Below are positions 17,752 through 27,993 of a DNA stretch of 55,761 nt, one piece after another. The DNA comes from a virus. Lineage: Duplodnaviria; Caudoviricetes. The position numbers were made by a program, and so were the translations under genes. The notes under the pieces were generated by a model, which worked only from the letters and a program-made list of their open reading frames with translations, searched no databases and had not been told where the DNA came from. How positions within the stretch are numbered: the stretch's first letter is position 1; each line of letters starts with the position of its first letter. The DNA lies in IMG/VR virus record IMGVR_UViG_3300037483_001815, positions 1 to 55,761 of that record. One strand, given 5' to 3'.

Positions 17752-18036
17752 TCAATCTTCTTCATATTCCGGCATCGACAGGCCAAGAGGCCCACCACCC
17801 GACGCTGCCCAAACCAGAGGGTAATCCGGGATAACTACATCACATGCCTGATAAGGCGGATTTGTATGCAGCAAATCCCATAGCTGTTGACGCCATTCAG
17901 CCATTACCAATCGAGTGGGCTCAGCAAGCGGGGAGTCAAGCAGTTGTGTATATGCAGATTCATCGAGCAGCCGTTGCAGTTCGGCTATCAATAAAGTCCA
18001 GTCATAAAAGCGGTTGCCATAAATTGTTACCGGCAT
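17752..18036 (-). CDS. Tail fibre assembly/chaperone-like protein
   Basis: GGAGG RBS; WRQQLWDL motif reminiscent of tail assembly chaperones; downstream of fibre. Confidence 0.55.
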   Translation of the reverse strand: MPVTIYGNRFYDWTLLIAELQRLLDESAYTQLLDSPLAEPTRLVMAEWRQQLWDLLHTNPPYQACDVVIPDYPLVWAASGGGPLGLSMPEYEED

Positions 18037-18037
18037 A

Positions 18038-18580
18038 TCAAACCTCCGTTGCCATAATGGTGAATGTTTTGTCCAGATACAGCCCGCCGCTGGCCACTGT
18101 TACGACATACTGTCCGGGAGTATCCACCCGGAAGACAAACAGGCCCGTGGTTCTCTCCCACCAAACTCCTGACTCTGGATAGATTCCCGGTCCTGTGACA
18201 GTGACAATGGAAGGGTTTGGCAGCCCGGTGATGGTGAAGGTATCCGTGCTGTCCGCCAGCATGGTGTATGGCTCAGCTTCAGCAGTGGTCGCCGGGTTAG
18301 CGAGATAGAGCGCATCCGGAAACCTGATATCAACCGCCAGGTAATCAGCGTTATACTGGTCCATTGCTGCCTGGTCTCCGGAAGCTAAGGCAGCATAATA
18401 ATTGCCAACGGGCGGATAGGCCCAGCTGCGTAGATCAGCGGATTTTCTTATGCGCCATTCCGCGACTGTCTCGGCCAAGGACCAGTCGATGATATGCTGC
18501 TGGATTACAGCGTCCAGGGCGGTGTCATCCGCCCCTGCTTGCAATGAGTCTGCAATGTCTGTGACGAGTGTTTCTGGCAT
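18038..18580 (-). CDS. Tail fibre-associated protein
   Basis: 180 aa directly after fibre; LRSWAYPP..DIRFP motif plus Ig-like C-terminus. Confidence 0.6.
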   Translation of the reverse strand: MPETLVTDIADSLQAGADDTALDAVIQQHIIDWSLAETVAEWRIRKSADLRSWAYPPVGNYYAALASGDQAAMDQYNADYLAVDIRFPDALYLANPATTAEAEPYTMLADSTDTFTITGLPNPSIVTVTGPGIYPESGVWWERTTGLFVFRVDTPGQYVVTVASGGLYLDKTFTIMATEV

Positions 18581-18583
18581 GGT

Positions 18584-21500
18584 TTACTCCCCCAAAATAA
18601 GAGCGTTTGATTTTCCATAATTAAGGACATAATCGGCAGCGGACAGATAGCAGACACAGGAATTTATAGCCAAAGAGGTTTGGGCGAACTCGGCCAGCGA
18701 TGAATCAGTCCAGGTTGCCGGGTCCCAGGTGGTACAAATACAGTAAACACGTATCTTCGTTATAGTTGCCGTGCCGGTGTAACTTAAGGTGAAGATCTGC
18801 GGAGTGGTCAAATTAAGCTTGGACGCCCTGGTCACCCAAGAAGAGCCATCATAGGTTTGCAAGTAGACGGAAAAAAACCCCCCGGTCTTTTTCAGATACG
18901 ATGAGAACGTAGTTCCTGTATAATAGGCATTGGCGCAGGACAGCAGCCCGTTATAGGCGTTGGTGGTGCTTATCTGGATAGTCGCCTGCACGCCAAGAGT
19001 AAGGGCCGGCATCGACAACTCACCGGACATGATGTTGCTAAGCAGAATTGGGGACGTCACGGCATTCCAATGCCGGACAGTGCCCAACACCTGATCTCTA
19101 ATGGCATAACCGCTGCCGCTGGCCGATGCTCCTATTGTTGATTGCCCGGTGGAAAGCCTAAGCTCGCAGACAGGCTTAAATGTCACGATATTATTGGCAA
19201 GGCTTATGTTGGCCGGGTAGCAAATAATTGTCTGGCTTTGATAAGGAAATCTTTTGTCGTAAAACACCTGCTCAGACGGAGAAGTAAGGATAGACGGGAG
19301 GCTCTTAAAATAACCTGGAACCTGCACGGTTGTGCCGCTAACCAGATTTGCCATTTGCTCCGACCTCCTGAGGGTTTTATACAGCAGATGTTCCGCTCCG
19401 TTCCAAAAGTAGTAATACAGGTTAGAGGCGGTGAAATGACCGTAATCACCAGTCGTGACGTTCCTTGTTATCAACCCGCCCGTAGTGGTGTCCACCCCTG
19501 CGTCCACCGCAGCCTGTGGGGAATAGGTGGTCAATACATTGACCACCTCGGCCAGGCAGGTGTAATAATCATCTACGTAATCCCGCAACTGGGTATCCGG
19601 TGAAATAGCCGTGGCAACAGTTGGGGCACTCCAAACCAATAAAGTAGTGCTGAGGTAGCTGTAGAGTGCATCCCGGCTGGCCTGCAGGGCGACCACGGCA
19701 GCGTCATCTGATAGACCGTAAGTACCGACCTGGGTAATGACACTGTTGAAATTACCTTCTTCACCCGGCCACTGTATCCGCCACAGTGCTTTTTCTTGAG
19801 CAGATAACCAACCATCAGCACTCATATTGGTTACAGCAGTCATGGCATCCGCAGCATTACTGGCTACAATTTCCGCCAGAGTACCGGCCACATGAGTGGT
19901 ATCATTGGCAGTATGGGTGGCAGTCACATCGGCGCCATTCTCCGGCCGGTCTTCACCACTCACTGAGGACCACACCGCGGTCAATGCCGCAGCAGTAACC
20001 AGGGCCTTAGTAACCTCATAAATCTTATTCAGCAGAGTCTGCCGGGCTGCATATACTGAAACAAATGCAGCCTGGAAGGCACTGCCGACAATCACCGTAT
20101 TACCGATGAGACTGGACCACAGCGCAGGAGTGGTAAGGGTAGCCAGGTAAGTAGTCAGACTTGTAATGGATGTGTCATAGGCTGTTTTCTCCGTAGTGAT
20201 TCCGTAGATTACGGCCTGGGCATCAATACCTGCTTGTTCCGCTACAAGCACATCCCTATCCCGAATCACCCGGGGTTTTTCATCAATGGTTAACAGGTCA
20301 TTGCTTACAATTTCTGCCAAAGAGAACAGTGCATCATCTGCCGCATCCTGAGCTGTGCTTGCTGCTAAAGCAGCAGCCGCGGCTGCCAAAGCGGCGTCAT
20401 CAGCAGTTGTCTGAGCAGCAGTGACCAAGATCTTAGTCTTGTCATAGATCTTATTAAGCAGGGCCTGTTTGGCAGCGTAGACAGTATTGAAAGCAGCCAG
20501 GAATTCTGCCCGCACGATTATGGTGTTACCTGTTGTGGCAGACCACAGTACTGGAACAGTCAGGGTAGCCAAGTAGGCAAGCAAAGCCGTAAGAGAGGCA
20601 TCATAGGCTGCTTTTTCAGTGACTATTGAATAGGCATCAGCCTGGGCATCAATGCCGGCCTGCTCTGCCGTTAACTGATCACGCAACTGAATAGCTGCTG
20701 GCTTTTCCACAGGGGTAAGCAGATCTTCATCGGCAATGTCAATCAGGATGTTATTGGCTGCAGTGGCATCAATCTGAGCTGCATCGGCTGCAGCTTGGGC
20801 CACATCCGCTGCTGCCTGAGCTATAGCCACATCAAGGAGAGCCTGTGATATGCCGGCATCCTGCACCGAAGTCCAGATTGAACCATCCCAACGATAAAGA
20901 TGGTTATTACCGACTGTACTGACCGGATCGGTAGTGGTGGGGATATAAGCAGTGATTCCTGCATATTCGGCTACCAGTATAGCGCCGGTCAGATAAAGGG
21001 CGTCTCGACCGTCTCCGATATAGGATGAACTACCTACTGCGTCCGCTGTATAGATTAATGCAGCCCAAGAATTAGTGGTAGCAACTGCGGTATGCCCCAC
21101 AGAGCAAGTCCACCACCCGTCACCCTCATAGACAGACTTGTAATATTCTAGTGAGCTATCGCTTGCTACAAGCTCCCCGGTGGTTAAGTCAAATGCGGCA
21201 TAGCGGTAAGCACCACCCATTGCTACTGATGGGAGAGCAATACGGCAATTATTACGGCCAGCCGCTTTCACCTTCCAAGAGGTCACATAGAATTTACCTG
21301 CTATGAACGGGTATGAGGCCTTGGCAACATAGTGGGCTAAAGCAATACTATCCGTAGATTCAGTAAGTGTGGATACCGCCGAAGTGCCAAGCGGCGGTGT
21401 AATCCCCACTGGTGTAGAAATCGTACAATTTGATTTGTTCCAGTAGGCATTATCTGCTTGCTCGGAATACAGGATAAGGTTTTCCGATCCCTCATCTACC

Positions 21501-23863
21501 CACAGGTCATTTATCCTCTTGGCCATGGGAATTTCAGACTGCACAAAGGTGGTCGTCTTTTCGTCGGCACTACCCTGAGCCAGAGCCGCATTGGCTATAG
21601 CCTGGTCAGCTGTCTCCTGGGCGGTAGCCACCAGATCAATCAAGGAGACATCCCCGGAATAAATAGCAACATCATCCAGGATGCAATCCTCCTGATTAGA
21701 CGCATATGACCGTACCCGCACCAGGGTGACCATGGTGGACACATTCATCAGTGGGTATGGGCCATACACCCGACCATCCAGGACCACAGTGGCCTCATTA
21801 GCCGGGCAGCTCGCCTGTACTATCAGGTCATGCACAACGCCGGGCGGACAACTTACGATAGTGTGGTCAGTCCCGGCGCTATCACGCCAGCGCAGATTAG
21901 CCGAAGCGACATCAACGATAAAGATATTGCCGGCATCACCGAAAATCAGAGGAATCCCAGAATAAAATGCACTTGAAGTCCCGCCAATTGCCTCATACTT
22001 AAACCGGCAGGAGAAAATCACACTCGGGGTTGGGGTAATCCACTTCTGGATGCTGTAGAGCAGGCCGCCGACATTATCCAGTGACCGCAGGGCGTAGCCC
22101 ACTCCGGACAATCCGGTCACCCGGCTTAGTTGGGACGTAGCCGAAACAACCTCCCATCGAGTTGACAGATCAGGCGGATCAGCATAGGTGTCAAAGCTGT
22201 CGGCGAAGAGCAGTTCAGCCTTCGATAGAAGACTCTGTGTCACCAGGGTGCTGACTGCCACTCCTCCCACTGACGTACCGATAGGAGCCCCTGCCGTGGC
22301 AGCAATAGCCCAATCAGCCGCAGTGTAGACCCCGGTTTCCCGGCCCACGACACAGGCCCATATCTCATCTGAAGTCTTCAGCCACAGATCACCTGTATCG
22401 TAAGGGGGAACAGGCTCGGTTAAAAAGACTCGGCGTTTATGATCAGCCAGATCAAAGGCATCCTGAGCCAGGGCCAAAGCAGCCGCAGTGGCGGTGTCCG
22501 CTTCCTGCCAGACGTAACCGGTACCATCAATGTAAAAATAGCGATAGGCCAGGCCAACACCTGTGGTCATATCAAAATAGAGATCGCCCTTGTGGGCATC
22601 CCGCGTATCAGGAGAAAGCCAGGCTGATTCAGGCAGTACAGTCGGCCCGGGAGTTCCCTCGTAAAACCATGTCTCCACCGCCCCGTCTATCTGGGACTGC
22701 AGATCTGACATGTCAGCAGCATAGGTGACAGCATCAATAAAATTGGTCGTAGTCCAGGTTTCCAGACCGGAATTAAGTTTGGTCCATTCCGTGCTGTTGA
22801 TGTCCGCCAGGCTGGTGGGGATGCCTTCAACATCGCTGTTGTAGTTAATCACCATCTGGAAGTTGTTGAACTCCGCCACCCCGGTGGTGGAGTCGATCTT
22901 CCAGCCATCCACCCCAGGCACGTAGTTGCTGGAGGCAATGGTCACGGTGTAGATCTCCGTGGCGGAAAGGTGCCTGGCCAGCAGGCTTCCATCCACGATC
23001 AGATCGCCATGCACCCCGACACTGGGGATGCCGTCTATATTGCCGATGGTAAAGGTCTTCAGCGGGTTATCCACCGCCGCGTCAATCTGCAGCCAGTTGA
23101 CGCTGGGCGGCTCATCGGCGTTGGCGTCGGTCAAAGACTGGTAATAGGTGTAGCCAGGCCCGGGCAGGGTGTGCTTGACCTTTTCGTATTTGTCGTAGCC
23201 GCCGGCGATCCAGGCCGGGATATTGCCGCTTGGCTGCATGATCTGGAAGGCGTCCAGCACCATGGTATAGCTGGTGGTGTAGCGGTCCATCTGGGTCAAC
23301 TGGTTCATCAGATCGTTGACCGTGGGGATCTCGTCCGGCACCACCACGTAACCACCTTGGGAGTCCGGCGGCTCCCAGGGGGAATAGCTGCCGCCGCGGA
23401 CAATGCGGATCCAGAAATAAGCCGCCGCGTCGGCCGGGAAGCCGCCGCGTGAATACTCGGACACCGGGTAGGTTACCCGGGCGATCAGCTGGGCCTCGGA
23501 CCTGGACATGGTCCAGGACAAATACACCTCCACCATGTCCAAGGCCTTACTGGCCAACGGCCAGGTCCAGGTAAGCTTGCGGCTGGTGGACCCAATCACG
23601 CTGGCCACCAGATTCGTGGGCGGCTTGGGAACGCCGGACGGGTAAACCCTCGGCCCCTCGGCCAGGGTGTTTTTAAAGGTGCTGCCGCGGTGGTAATCCT
23701 GCAGATCGGCGAAGGTGACGTTCATGTCCATCATGTTGTAATGGCCGACGCCCTCGCGCACCTCCAGCAAGGATTTTATCGCCTCCAGCAGCTTGAGCAG
23801 CTGCGGATCACCGGCCTTGGGGATATCCGGCAGCGACTTGATCAGCCCGGTTTTACTGGCCAT
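18584..23863 (-). CDS. Tail fibre/host-specificity protein
   Basis: 1759 aa; FN3-like N-terminus, GDLW/GDLY repeats, lectin-like domains, three ~105-aa helical repeats. Confidence 0.85.
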   Translation of the reverse strand: MASKTGLIKSLPDIPKAGDPQLLKLLEAIKSLLEVREGVGHYNMMDMNVTFADLQDYHRGSTFKNTLAEGPRVYPSGVPKPPTNLVASVIGSTSRKLTWTWPLASKALDMVEVYLSWTMSRSEAQLIARVTYPVSEYSRGGFPADAAAYFWIRIVRGGSYSPWEPPDSQGGYVVVPDEIPTVNDLMNQLTQMDRYTTSYTMVLDAFQIMQPSGNIPAWIAGGYDKYEKVKHTLPGPGYTYYQSLTDANADEPPSVNWLQIDAAVDNPLKTFTIGNIDGIPSVGVHGDLIVDGSLLARHLSATEIYTVTIASSNYVPGVDGWKIDSTTGVAEFNNFQMVINYNSDVEGIPTSLADINSTEWTKLNSGLETWTTTNFIDAVTYAADMSDLQSQIDGAVETWFYEGTPGPTVLPESAWLSPDTRDAHKGDLYFDMTTGVGLAYRYFYIDGTGYVWQEADTATAAALALAQDAFDLADHKRRVFLTEPVPPYDTGDLWLKTSDEIWACVVGRETGVYTAADWAIAATAGAPIGTSVGGVAVSTLVTQSLLSKAELLFADSFDTYADPPDLSTRWEVVSATSQLSRVTGLSGVGYALRSLDNVGGLLYSIQKWITPTPSVIFSCRFKYEAIGGTSSAFYSGIPLIFGDAGNIFIVDVASANLRWRDSAGTDHTIVSCPPGVVHDLIVQASCPANEATVVLDGRVYGPYPLMNVSTMVTLVRVRSYASNQEDCILDDVAIYSGDVSLIDLVATAQETADQAIANAALAQGSADEKTTTFVQSEIPMAKRINDLWVDEGSENLILYSEQADNAYWNKSNCTISTPVGITPPLGTSAVSTLTESTDSIALAHYVAKASYPFIAGKFYVTSWKVKAAGRNNCRIALPSVAMGGAYRYAAFDLTTGELVASDSSLEYYKSVYEGDGWWTCSVGHTAVATTNSWAALIYTADAVGSSSYIGDGRDALYLTGAILVAEYAGITAYIPTTTDPVSTVGNNHLYRWDGSIWTSVQDAGISQALLDVAIAQAAADVAQAAADAAQIDATAANNILIDIADEDLLTPVEKPAAIQLRDQLTAEQAGIDAQADAYSIVTEKAAYDASLTALLAYLATLTVPVLWSATTGNTIIVRAEFLAAFNTVYAAKQALLNKIYDKTKILVTAAQTTADDAALAAAAAALAASTAQDAADDALFSLAEIVSNDLLTIDEKPRVIRDRDVLVAEQAGIDAQAVIYGITTEKTAYDTSITSLTTYLATLTTPALWSSLIGNTVIVGSAFQAAFVSVYAARQTLLNKIYEVTKALVTAAALTAVWSSVSGEDRPENGADVTATHTANDTTHVAGTLAEIVASNAADAMTAVTNMSADGWLSAQEKALWRIQWPGEEGNFNSVITQVGTYGLSDDAAVVALQASRDALYSYLSTTLLVWSAPTVATAISPDTQLRDYVDDYYTCLAEVVNVLTTYSPQAAVDAGVDTTTGGLITRNVTTGDYGHFTASNLYYYFWNGAEHLLYKTLRRSEQMANLVSGTTVQVPGYFKSLPSILTSPSEQVFYDKRFPYQSQTIICYPANISLANNIVTFKPVCELRLSTGQSTIGASASGSGYAIRDQVLGTVRHWNAVTSPILLSNIMSGELSMPALTLGVQATIQISTTNAYNGLLSCANAYYTGTTFSSYLKKTGGFFSVYLQTYDGSSWVTRASKLNLTTPQIFTLSYTGTATITKIRVYCICTTWDPATWTDSSLAEFAQTSLAINSCVCYLSAADYVLNYGKSNALILGE

Positions 23864-25493
23864 GGCGCAGCTCCTGGGGAGATCCGGCCAGCAGCACGGC
23901 GTCCACCCTGGCCTGGCCGCTGGCGGTAATCTGCCACTGGCTGCCGCTGCAGCCCATGGGCAGCCGGAACTGGCCGGAAGAGGCAGCGGTAAGGGTCTTT
24001 TTTACTACTCCATCCACCAGCACGGACAGGGTAATGGTGGCCCCGCCGGTAAAATTCCCGAGAACCTTACCGCAGGAACATGACGTGTTGGCCGCCTGCA
24101 GCTGCGGGGCGCTGGTATACTCATTGACCAGTGGGTGGGCCGCGTCCGCCTGCCAGTCATGCACGGAAAACACCCCTGCATCTTCCAGCAGCAGCTGCAG
24201 GGTCCTGGTTTCCCGGTTGTAGCGGCCGCCACAAAATACCGCGCTGCCAAAGGAAATCTGCTGCACATCCAGGTTGTTTGGATCCACCACGATGCCGGTG
24301 GCGGTACCGGCGAAAAAACCGTAATAGAGGCTGTCGACGAAAAAACCGTGCAGATTCTCCGGACCCAGGGCGGCCCATTGCTCCTTGGTGTAGATCCCGG
24401 CCGTCACCTCCGTGTTGCCGGCGGCATGGGCCAGCACCAGGCAATCCCCGGCCGCGTAGAAAACACCACCCTCGGTGCTCACCATGCTTGGCCCCGAGAC
24501 ACAGCCGTGGCTGTACTCGTTGGAATCCTGGTCCATATACTGAGGGTCCGTTCCCGTGGCCCGGTATTGCCTGGCCGCCGTGACAAAAACCACGGTCTTG
24601 TCGAAGTATCCGGCCGCCACAATGTCCTCCTGGGCCTGCAGGCTCCAGGCTCCAGGCATGGCGTAATAAACCCCGGGCACGGAAAAAAAGAGATCCTTGC
24701 CGGCAAAGCCGCACGATACCGAATTACCGAACAGAAACAGCCCGGCCAGATCATCCGGAGGGCAGTCCCACTGGGCCGATTCAAGCAGATCCGGGCCGGC
24801 ATCCGTCAGGCAATCGTCCAGGTAATCCGTCTGCGTAATGGGAATCTCGGCCAGAAATAGATAATCTGCCCCGGTTTCCCCCACCTCCAGCCGGTAAATA
24901 CGGATAGCTTCGTAATCGTTATCAGACAGGGAGTCCCAACTGAACCCGGTGAGGTTCAGGCTTTCACCCTCGTAGACGGTGAACTCACCAGTAGGGTCGG
25001 ATGGAGCGCTCTCCTCTTCGTCATCCTCACCCCAGCTGACCACCATGGTATAGACATAACTGACCTCACGCAGTACCGTGCCGCCGCCCAAAGGGTTCAC
25101 CGTCTCCACCGTGGCCGGAGCCAGGGGGCGCTTAACCCCGAATCGTCTGATTTCAGTCGGGAAGGTGGCAGGCAAACCGCTGGTGGCCAAGGCGATGTTG
25201 GTTTGTTTGGGAAAACCGGATCCGGTGTAGGCGATCCTGCCGGCCGCTACCGGCAGTTCCGCCACGTCCACTTTGGAAATCCAGGCCAGCCAGTCGCCGG
25301 CGGCGATCTCGTAAAAAGACCGCAGTGCACCAGACTGGGGCAGCACGCTGCCTGCGCCAAGACCGGGCAACGGGGCCAGGGATTTCTTGCGCAGATCGCA
25401 GTTCACCGCGTTCACGGCAAAGCCTGACGGCAGCTCCAGCGGATCGGTGCCGGGCCTGGTCAGCCGGAACCCAGTGAACACCAGGCGGGCCAT
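23853..25493 (-). CDS. Tail nozzle/stabilisation (tail tubular B-like) protein
   Basis: Start ATG 25493 (MARLVFTGFR); beta-rich, SYVYTMV..EESAPS, IRIYR; between adaptor and fibre. Confidence 0.75.
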   Translation of the reverse strand: MARLVFTGFRLTRPGTDPLELPSGFAVNAVNCDLRKKSLAPLPGLGAGSVLPQSGALRSFYEIAAGDWLAWISKVDVAELPVAAGRIAYTGSGFPKQTNIALATSGLPATFPTEIRRFGVKRPLAPATVETVNPLGGGTVLREVSYVYTMVVSWGEDDEEESAPSDPTGEFTVYEGESLNLTGFSWDSLSDNDYEAIRIYRLEVGETGADYLFLAEIPITQTDYLDDCLTDAGPDLLESAQWDCPPDDLAGLFLFGNSVSCGFAGKDLFFSVPGVYYAMPGAWSLQAQEDIVAAGYFDKTVVFVTAARQYRATGTDPQYMDQDSNEYSHGCVSGPSMVSTEGGVFYAAGDCLVLAHAAGNTEVTAGIYTKEQWAALGPENLHGFFVDSLYYGFFAGTATGIVVDPNNLDVQQISFGSAVFCGGRYNRETRTLQLLLEDAGVFSVHDWQADAAHPLVNEYTSAPQLQAANTSCSCGKVLGNFTGGATITLSVLVDGVVKKTLTAASSGQFRLPMGCSGSQWQITASGQARVDAVLLAGSPQELRHGQ

Positions 25494-25494
25494 A

Positions 25495-26145
25495 TCAGGC
25501 CGCTCCGCCGCTTTTCTGCCTGACCTCATCCTGCACGCCAAGCAGGTCCAGATAGGCCCGGCGGAACTTCTCCGCCATGGTTATGTCCACCGTGTCATCC
25601 CGGTCCAATGACTTGGCCCGGGACAGCATGAAAAACAACAACGGCTCGGCGAACTCATCACCCAGGGTTATCGTGCCTCCCACGGCCACATCGGCCGGTA
25701 ATTGCGAAAAGACCGCCTCGGCATAGCCTTGTCCGGTGCTTGGTTGGGGAGGGTAAACCGCGTACTGCCGTGGATTATTCTTGCGGTCATACATCCAGTA
25801 CATCCCCTCGCTGGCCGGATCGTCCGCCGGCCAGTAAGGATTAATCTCGGTTATCTCGGCAAAGTTTCGCTGCTCGATCATCCGGCCCCGGGAGCTGCCG
25901 TCTGTGCCCATATTGCAGCGCAGGCCAACCAGGGCTGAATAAGCAGCCGGCACCTCTTGGAAACATCCTGCGCCAAACTGCACCACCGCCACCACCGGGT
26001 TGGCGTCCGGCCGCAGGCTGACAATATCCCGCTGCCCGTCATTAAGCGACTCCAAGAGGAAGTCGCTGCTCCAGCGATCGCCATCCGGGTCATCCAGCAA
26101 CTGGGAGGCCAGGGCAAGTCGATTCGCTACGGTAATGTTCCCCAT
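25495..26145 (-). CDS. Head-tail adaptor protein
   Basis: LLDDPDGDRWS..LLESLNDGQRDI and VYPPQP motifs typical of podophage adaptors. Confidence 0.7.
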   Translation of the reverse strand: MGNITVANRLALASQLLDDPDGDRWSSDFLLESLNDGQRDIVSLRPDANPVVAVVQFGAGCFQEVPAAYSALVGLRCNMGTDGSSRGRMIEQRNFAEITEINPYWPADDPASEGMYWMYDRKNNPRQYAVYPPQPSTGQGYAEAVFSQLPADVAVGGTITLGDEFAEPLLFFMLSRAKSLDRDDTVDITMAEKFRRAYLDLLGVQDEVRQKSGGAA

Positions 26146-26157
26146 ATTCTTTCTCCG

Positions 26158-26379
26158 CTACTCGGCATCAGCATCAAACAACTGCTGCTTGCAGGACTCC
26201 AGCAGCCACATTACGGCGCCGCCGTCGGCGTAGGAGGAAGCGGCGTAAACCTCGCCGGTATCCTTCTCAAACCCGATCAGCAGCACGCCATCCAGCTTGC
26301 CCTTGGCCGCCTCCAGTACCCGGTCCGGCGGCAGATCAAGCCGGGTGATGTTCCCCAGGGGGATGATTTTACCCATCAC
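26158..26379 (-). CDS. Small hypothetical phage protein
   Basis: 73 aa, overlaps upstream stop. Confidence 0.7.
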   Translation of the reverse strand: MMGKIIPLGNITRLDLPPDRVLEAAKGKLDGVLLIGFEKDTGEVYAASSYADGGAVMWLLESCKQQLFDADAE

Positions 26380-27281
26380 ATCAAGCCCCGGTCCGGGGAT
26401 CCCTGCAGGATGGCCTGCGCCCGGTCGAGTTTGTTCTGCCGGATCTCCGCCAGAAACAGGTTGTGGTGTTCTGGCTTTGGCTTGAAACCAGCCGCCCTGA
26501 TGGAGAAAATATAGGCCGCCTCGGCGGCAATGGCCCGGCTGGACTCTGGCGGCAGCCCGAGAAAGGCAAAACTGTGATAGATGGGAGGCGGCAACACCAC
26601 ACAGGGCAGGGTCAGGGTATCGCTGCTGTTGGCCAGCGGGGCGTCAAAAATAAGCGTCTCGCGGCTTTCCGGCCGCACCACATAACTGTTGCCGCTGATA
26701 AACGACGACCGGCCCGAGGGAAACATGGCGCAACGCAGACTGGTCGGACTGGCCACCGACAGCACCAGGCCCCTGGTGCTTTTCGTGGTGTTATGCACCA
26801 CGTCCCGCACCATCACCCCGCTGAAATCCGCCGCGTCATCGATCAGCTCGACCACCCCCCCGTCCTTGCTGCCGGATGCCGTGACCGTGCCCCGGATGGG
26901 TTCAGCGGCCTCGGCCCGCTGCCGGATACAGAAGCTGGAGGGTATCTCTACCTGGTCCGTGCGGTTGGCCAGGAAAACATGGCTGTAATCCGTTTTCGGG
27001 ATCCAGGAGATGGAGCCGTCCACGGTGTCATACCGGCCCACAAACCGCTCGCCCCTGGTCCGCACCCAGGGGCGGATGAAATCCGGGGGCAGGTTATAAC
27101 TCTGCTGACCGGCGACACTGGTAATCACCACCTCGCTGGTCAAAAGCCCGGTCACCCGGGCAAAATGGCAGGCCGCCTCATCCAGGCAGCCATAGAGCCG
27201 ACGCGGGCCGAGCAGGTCGAAATGGGACTCGCCCCGGTCCAGAAAATCCAGCATCTCCAGTATCAGGGACCCGCCGTCCAT
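26376..27281 (-). CDS. Second adaptor-like virion protein
   Basis: LYGCLDEAACHFAR..VAGQQSYNLPPDF adaptor-like N-terminus. Confidence 0.6.
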   Translation of the reverse strand: MDGGSLILEMLDFLDRGESHFDLLGPRRLYGCLDEAACHFARVTGLLTSEVVITSVAGQQSYNLPPDFIRPWVRTRGERFVGRYDTVDGSISWIPKTDYSHVFLANRTDQVEIPSSFCIRQRAEAAEPIRGTVTASGSKDGGVVELIDDAADFSGVMVRDVVHNTTKSTRGLVLSVASPTSLRCAMFPSGRSSFISGNSYVVRPESRETLIFDAPLANSSDTLTLPCVVLPPPIYHSFAFLGLPPESSRAIAAEAAYIFSIRAAGFKPKPEHHNLFLAEIRQNKLDRAQAILQGSPDRGLM

Positions 27282-27284
27282 GAC

Positions 27285-27551
27285 TTAACGTTTCCTCTCA
27301 GACTGCTGCAAGGCATCGTCCAGGGTCACCTTGACCTGCTTGCCATGCAACTCACAGCCGGTAAGCACCAGCTCAATATGCCGGCCTTCATCCCACTCCG
27401 AGGTCTGGATCCCCGTCATCTTGCCTTTCAGCACCACGGTCACCTGCTCGTCCACTCCCACGTCGGCCAGGCCATTGGGTTGAATCCCCGCCTTGGGAAA
27501 GTGCAGGCTGGCCCTGGGCTTTTCCTTGTTTTCCTTGATTTTATTGTTCAC
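27285..27551 (-). CDS. Hypothetical protein
   Basis: ORF in operon; GTG 27551 is the probable start. Confidence 0.6.
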   Translation of the reverse strand: MNNKIKENKEKPRASLHFPKAGIQPNGLADVGVDEQVTVVLKGKMTGIQTSEWDEGRHIELVLTGCELHGKQVKVTLDDALQQSERKR

Positions 27552-27807
27552 TGGTAACCCCACTGATCTGCTCAATATTTCCGTTCTCCTCGCCAAACAG
27601 CTCCGCGCTATCAGCCGGCTGCTGCCGCCGGTGATACTCGGCGGCCGTCATTTCGATGATGTCAAGCTGGCCAAGAACCTCAGTGCTGCGGCCATCTTGC
27701 TCAAAGCAAAGTTTTGCCCGCTCAATGAAACGGCGGATATGGCCGTTATCCAGATTACTGGTGTAATACGCCACGCCATCCCACAGGGTAATCTTGGCCA
27801 CCTTCAT
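27541..27807 (-). CDS. Hypothetical protein
   Basis: 88 aa, ATGA-coupled to holin candidate. Confidence 0.65.
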   Translation of the reverse strand: MKVAKITLWDGVAYYTSNLDNGHIRRFIERAKLCFEQDGRSTEVLGQLDIIEMTAAEYHRRQQPADSAELFGEENGNIEQISGVTSEQ

Positions 27808-27968
27808 GACGCGGCAGTCTTCCCTTTTTCCACTTTGCGGCCAATGCCGACCATGCCGATGGCGGTGGAAATCTTGGCTACCGCAGCCTCAATATCACCA
27901 TTCACCCCGTCAACCACGGCCAGCAGAATAAGACCGACAACCCCGGTCCACGTAACCCAACCTTTCAT
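27804..27968 (-). CDS. Holin candidate (54 aa, not in ORF track)
   Basis: AGGAG RBS; MKGWVTWTGVVGLILLAVVDGVNGDIEAAVAKISTAIGMVGIGRKVEKGKTAAS has two hydrophobic segments and a basic tail; follows endolysin. Confidence 0.7.
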   Translation of the reverse strand: MKGWVTWTGVVGLILLAVVDGVNGDIEAAVAKISTAIGMVGIGRKVEKGKTAAS

Positions 27969-27993
27969 AGCAATTCTCCTTTGGAAAAAATAC

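Noticed and set aside
18584-23863. Diversity-generating retroelement or invertible tail-fibre cassette
   Set aside because: No reverse transcriptase, no TR/VR pair, and no inverted fibre-tip copies or crossover sites seen near the fibre
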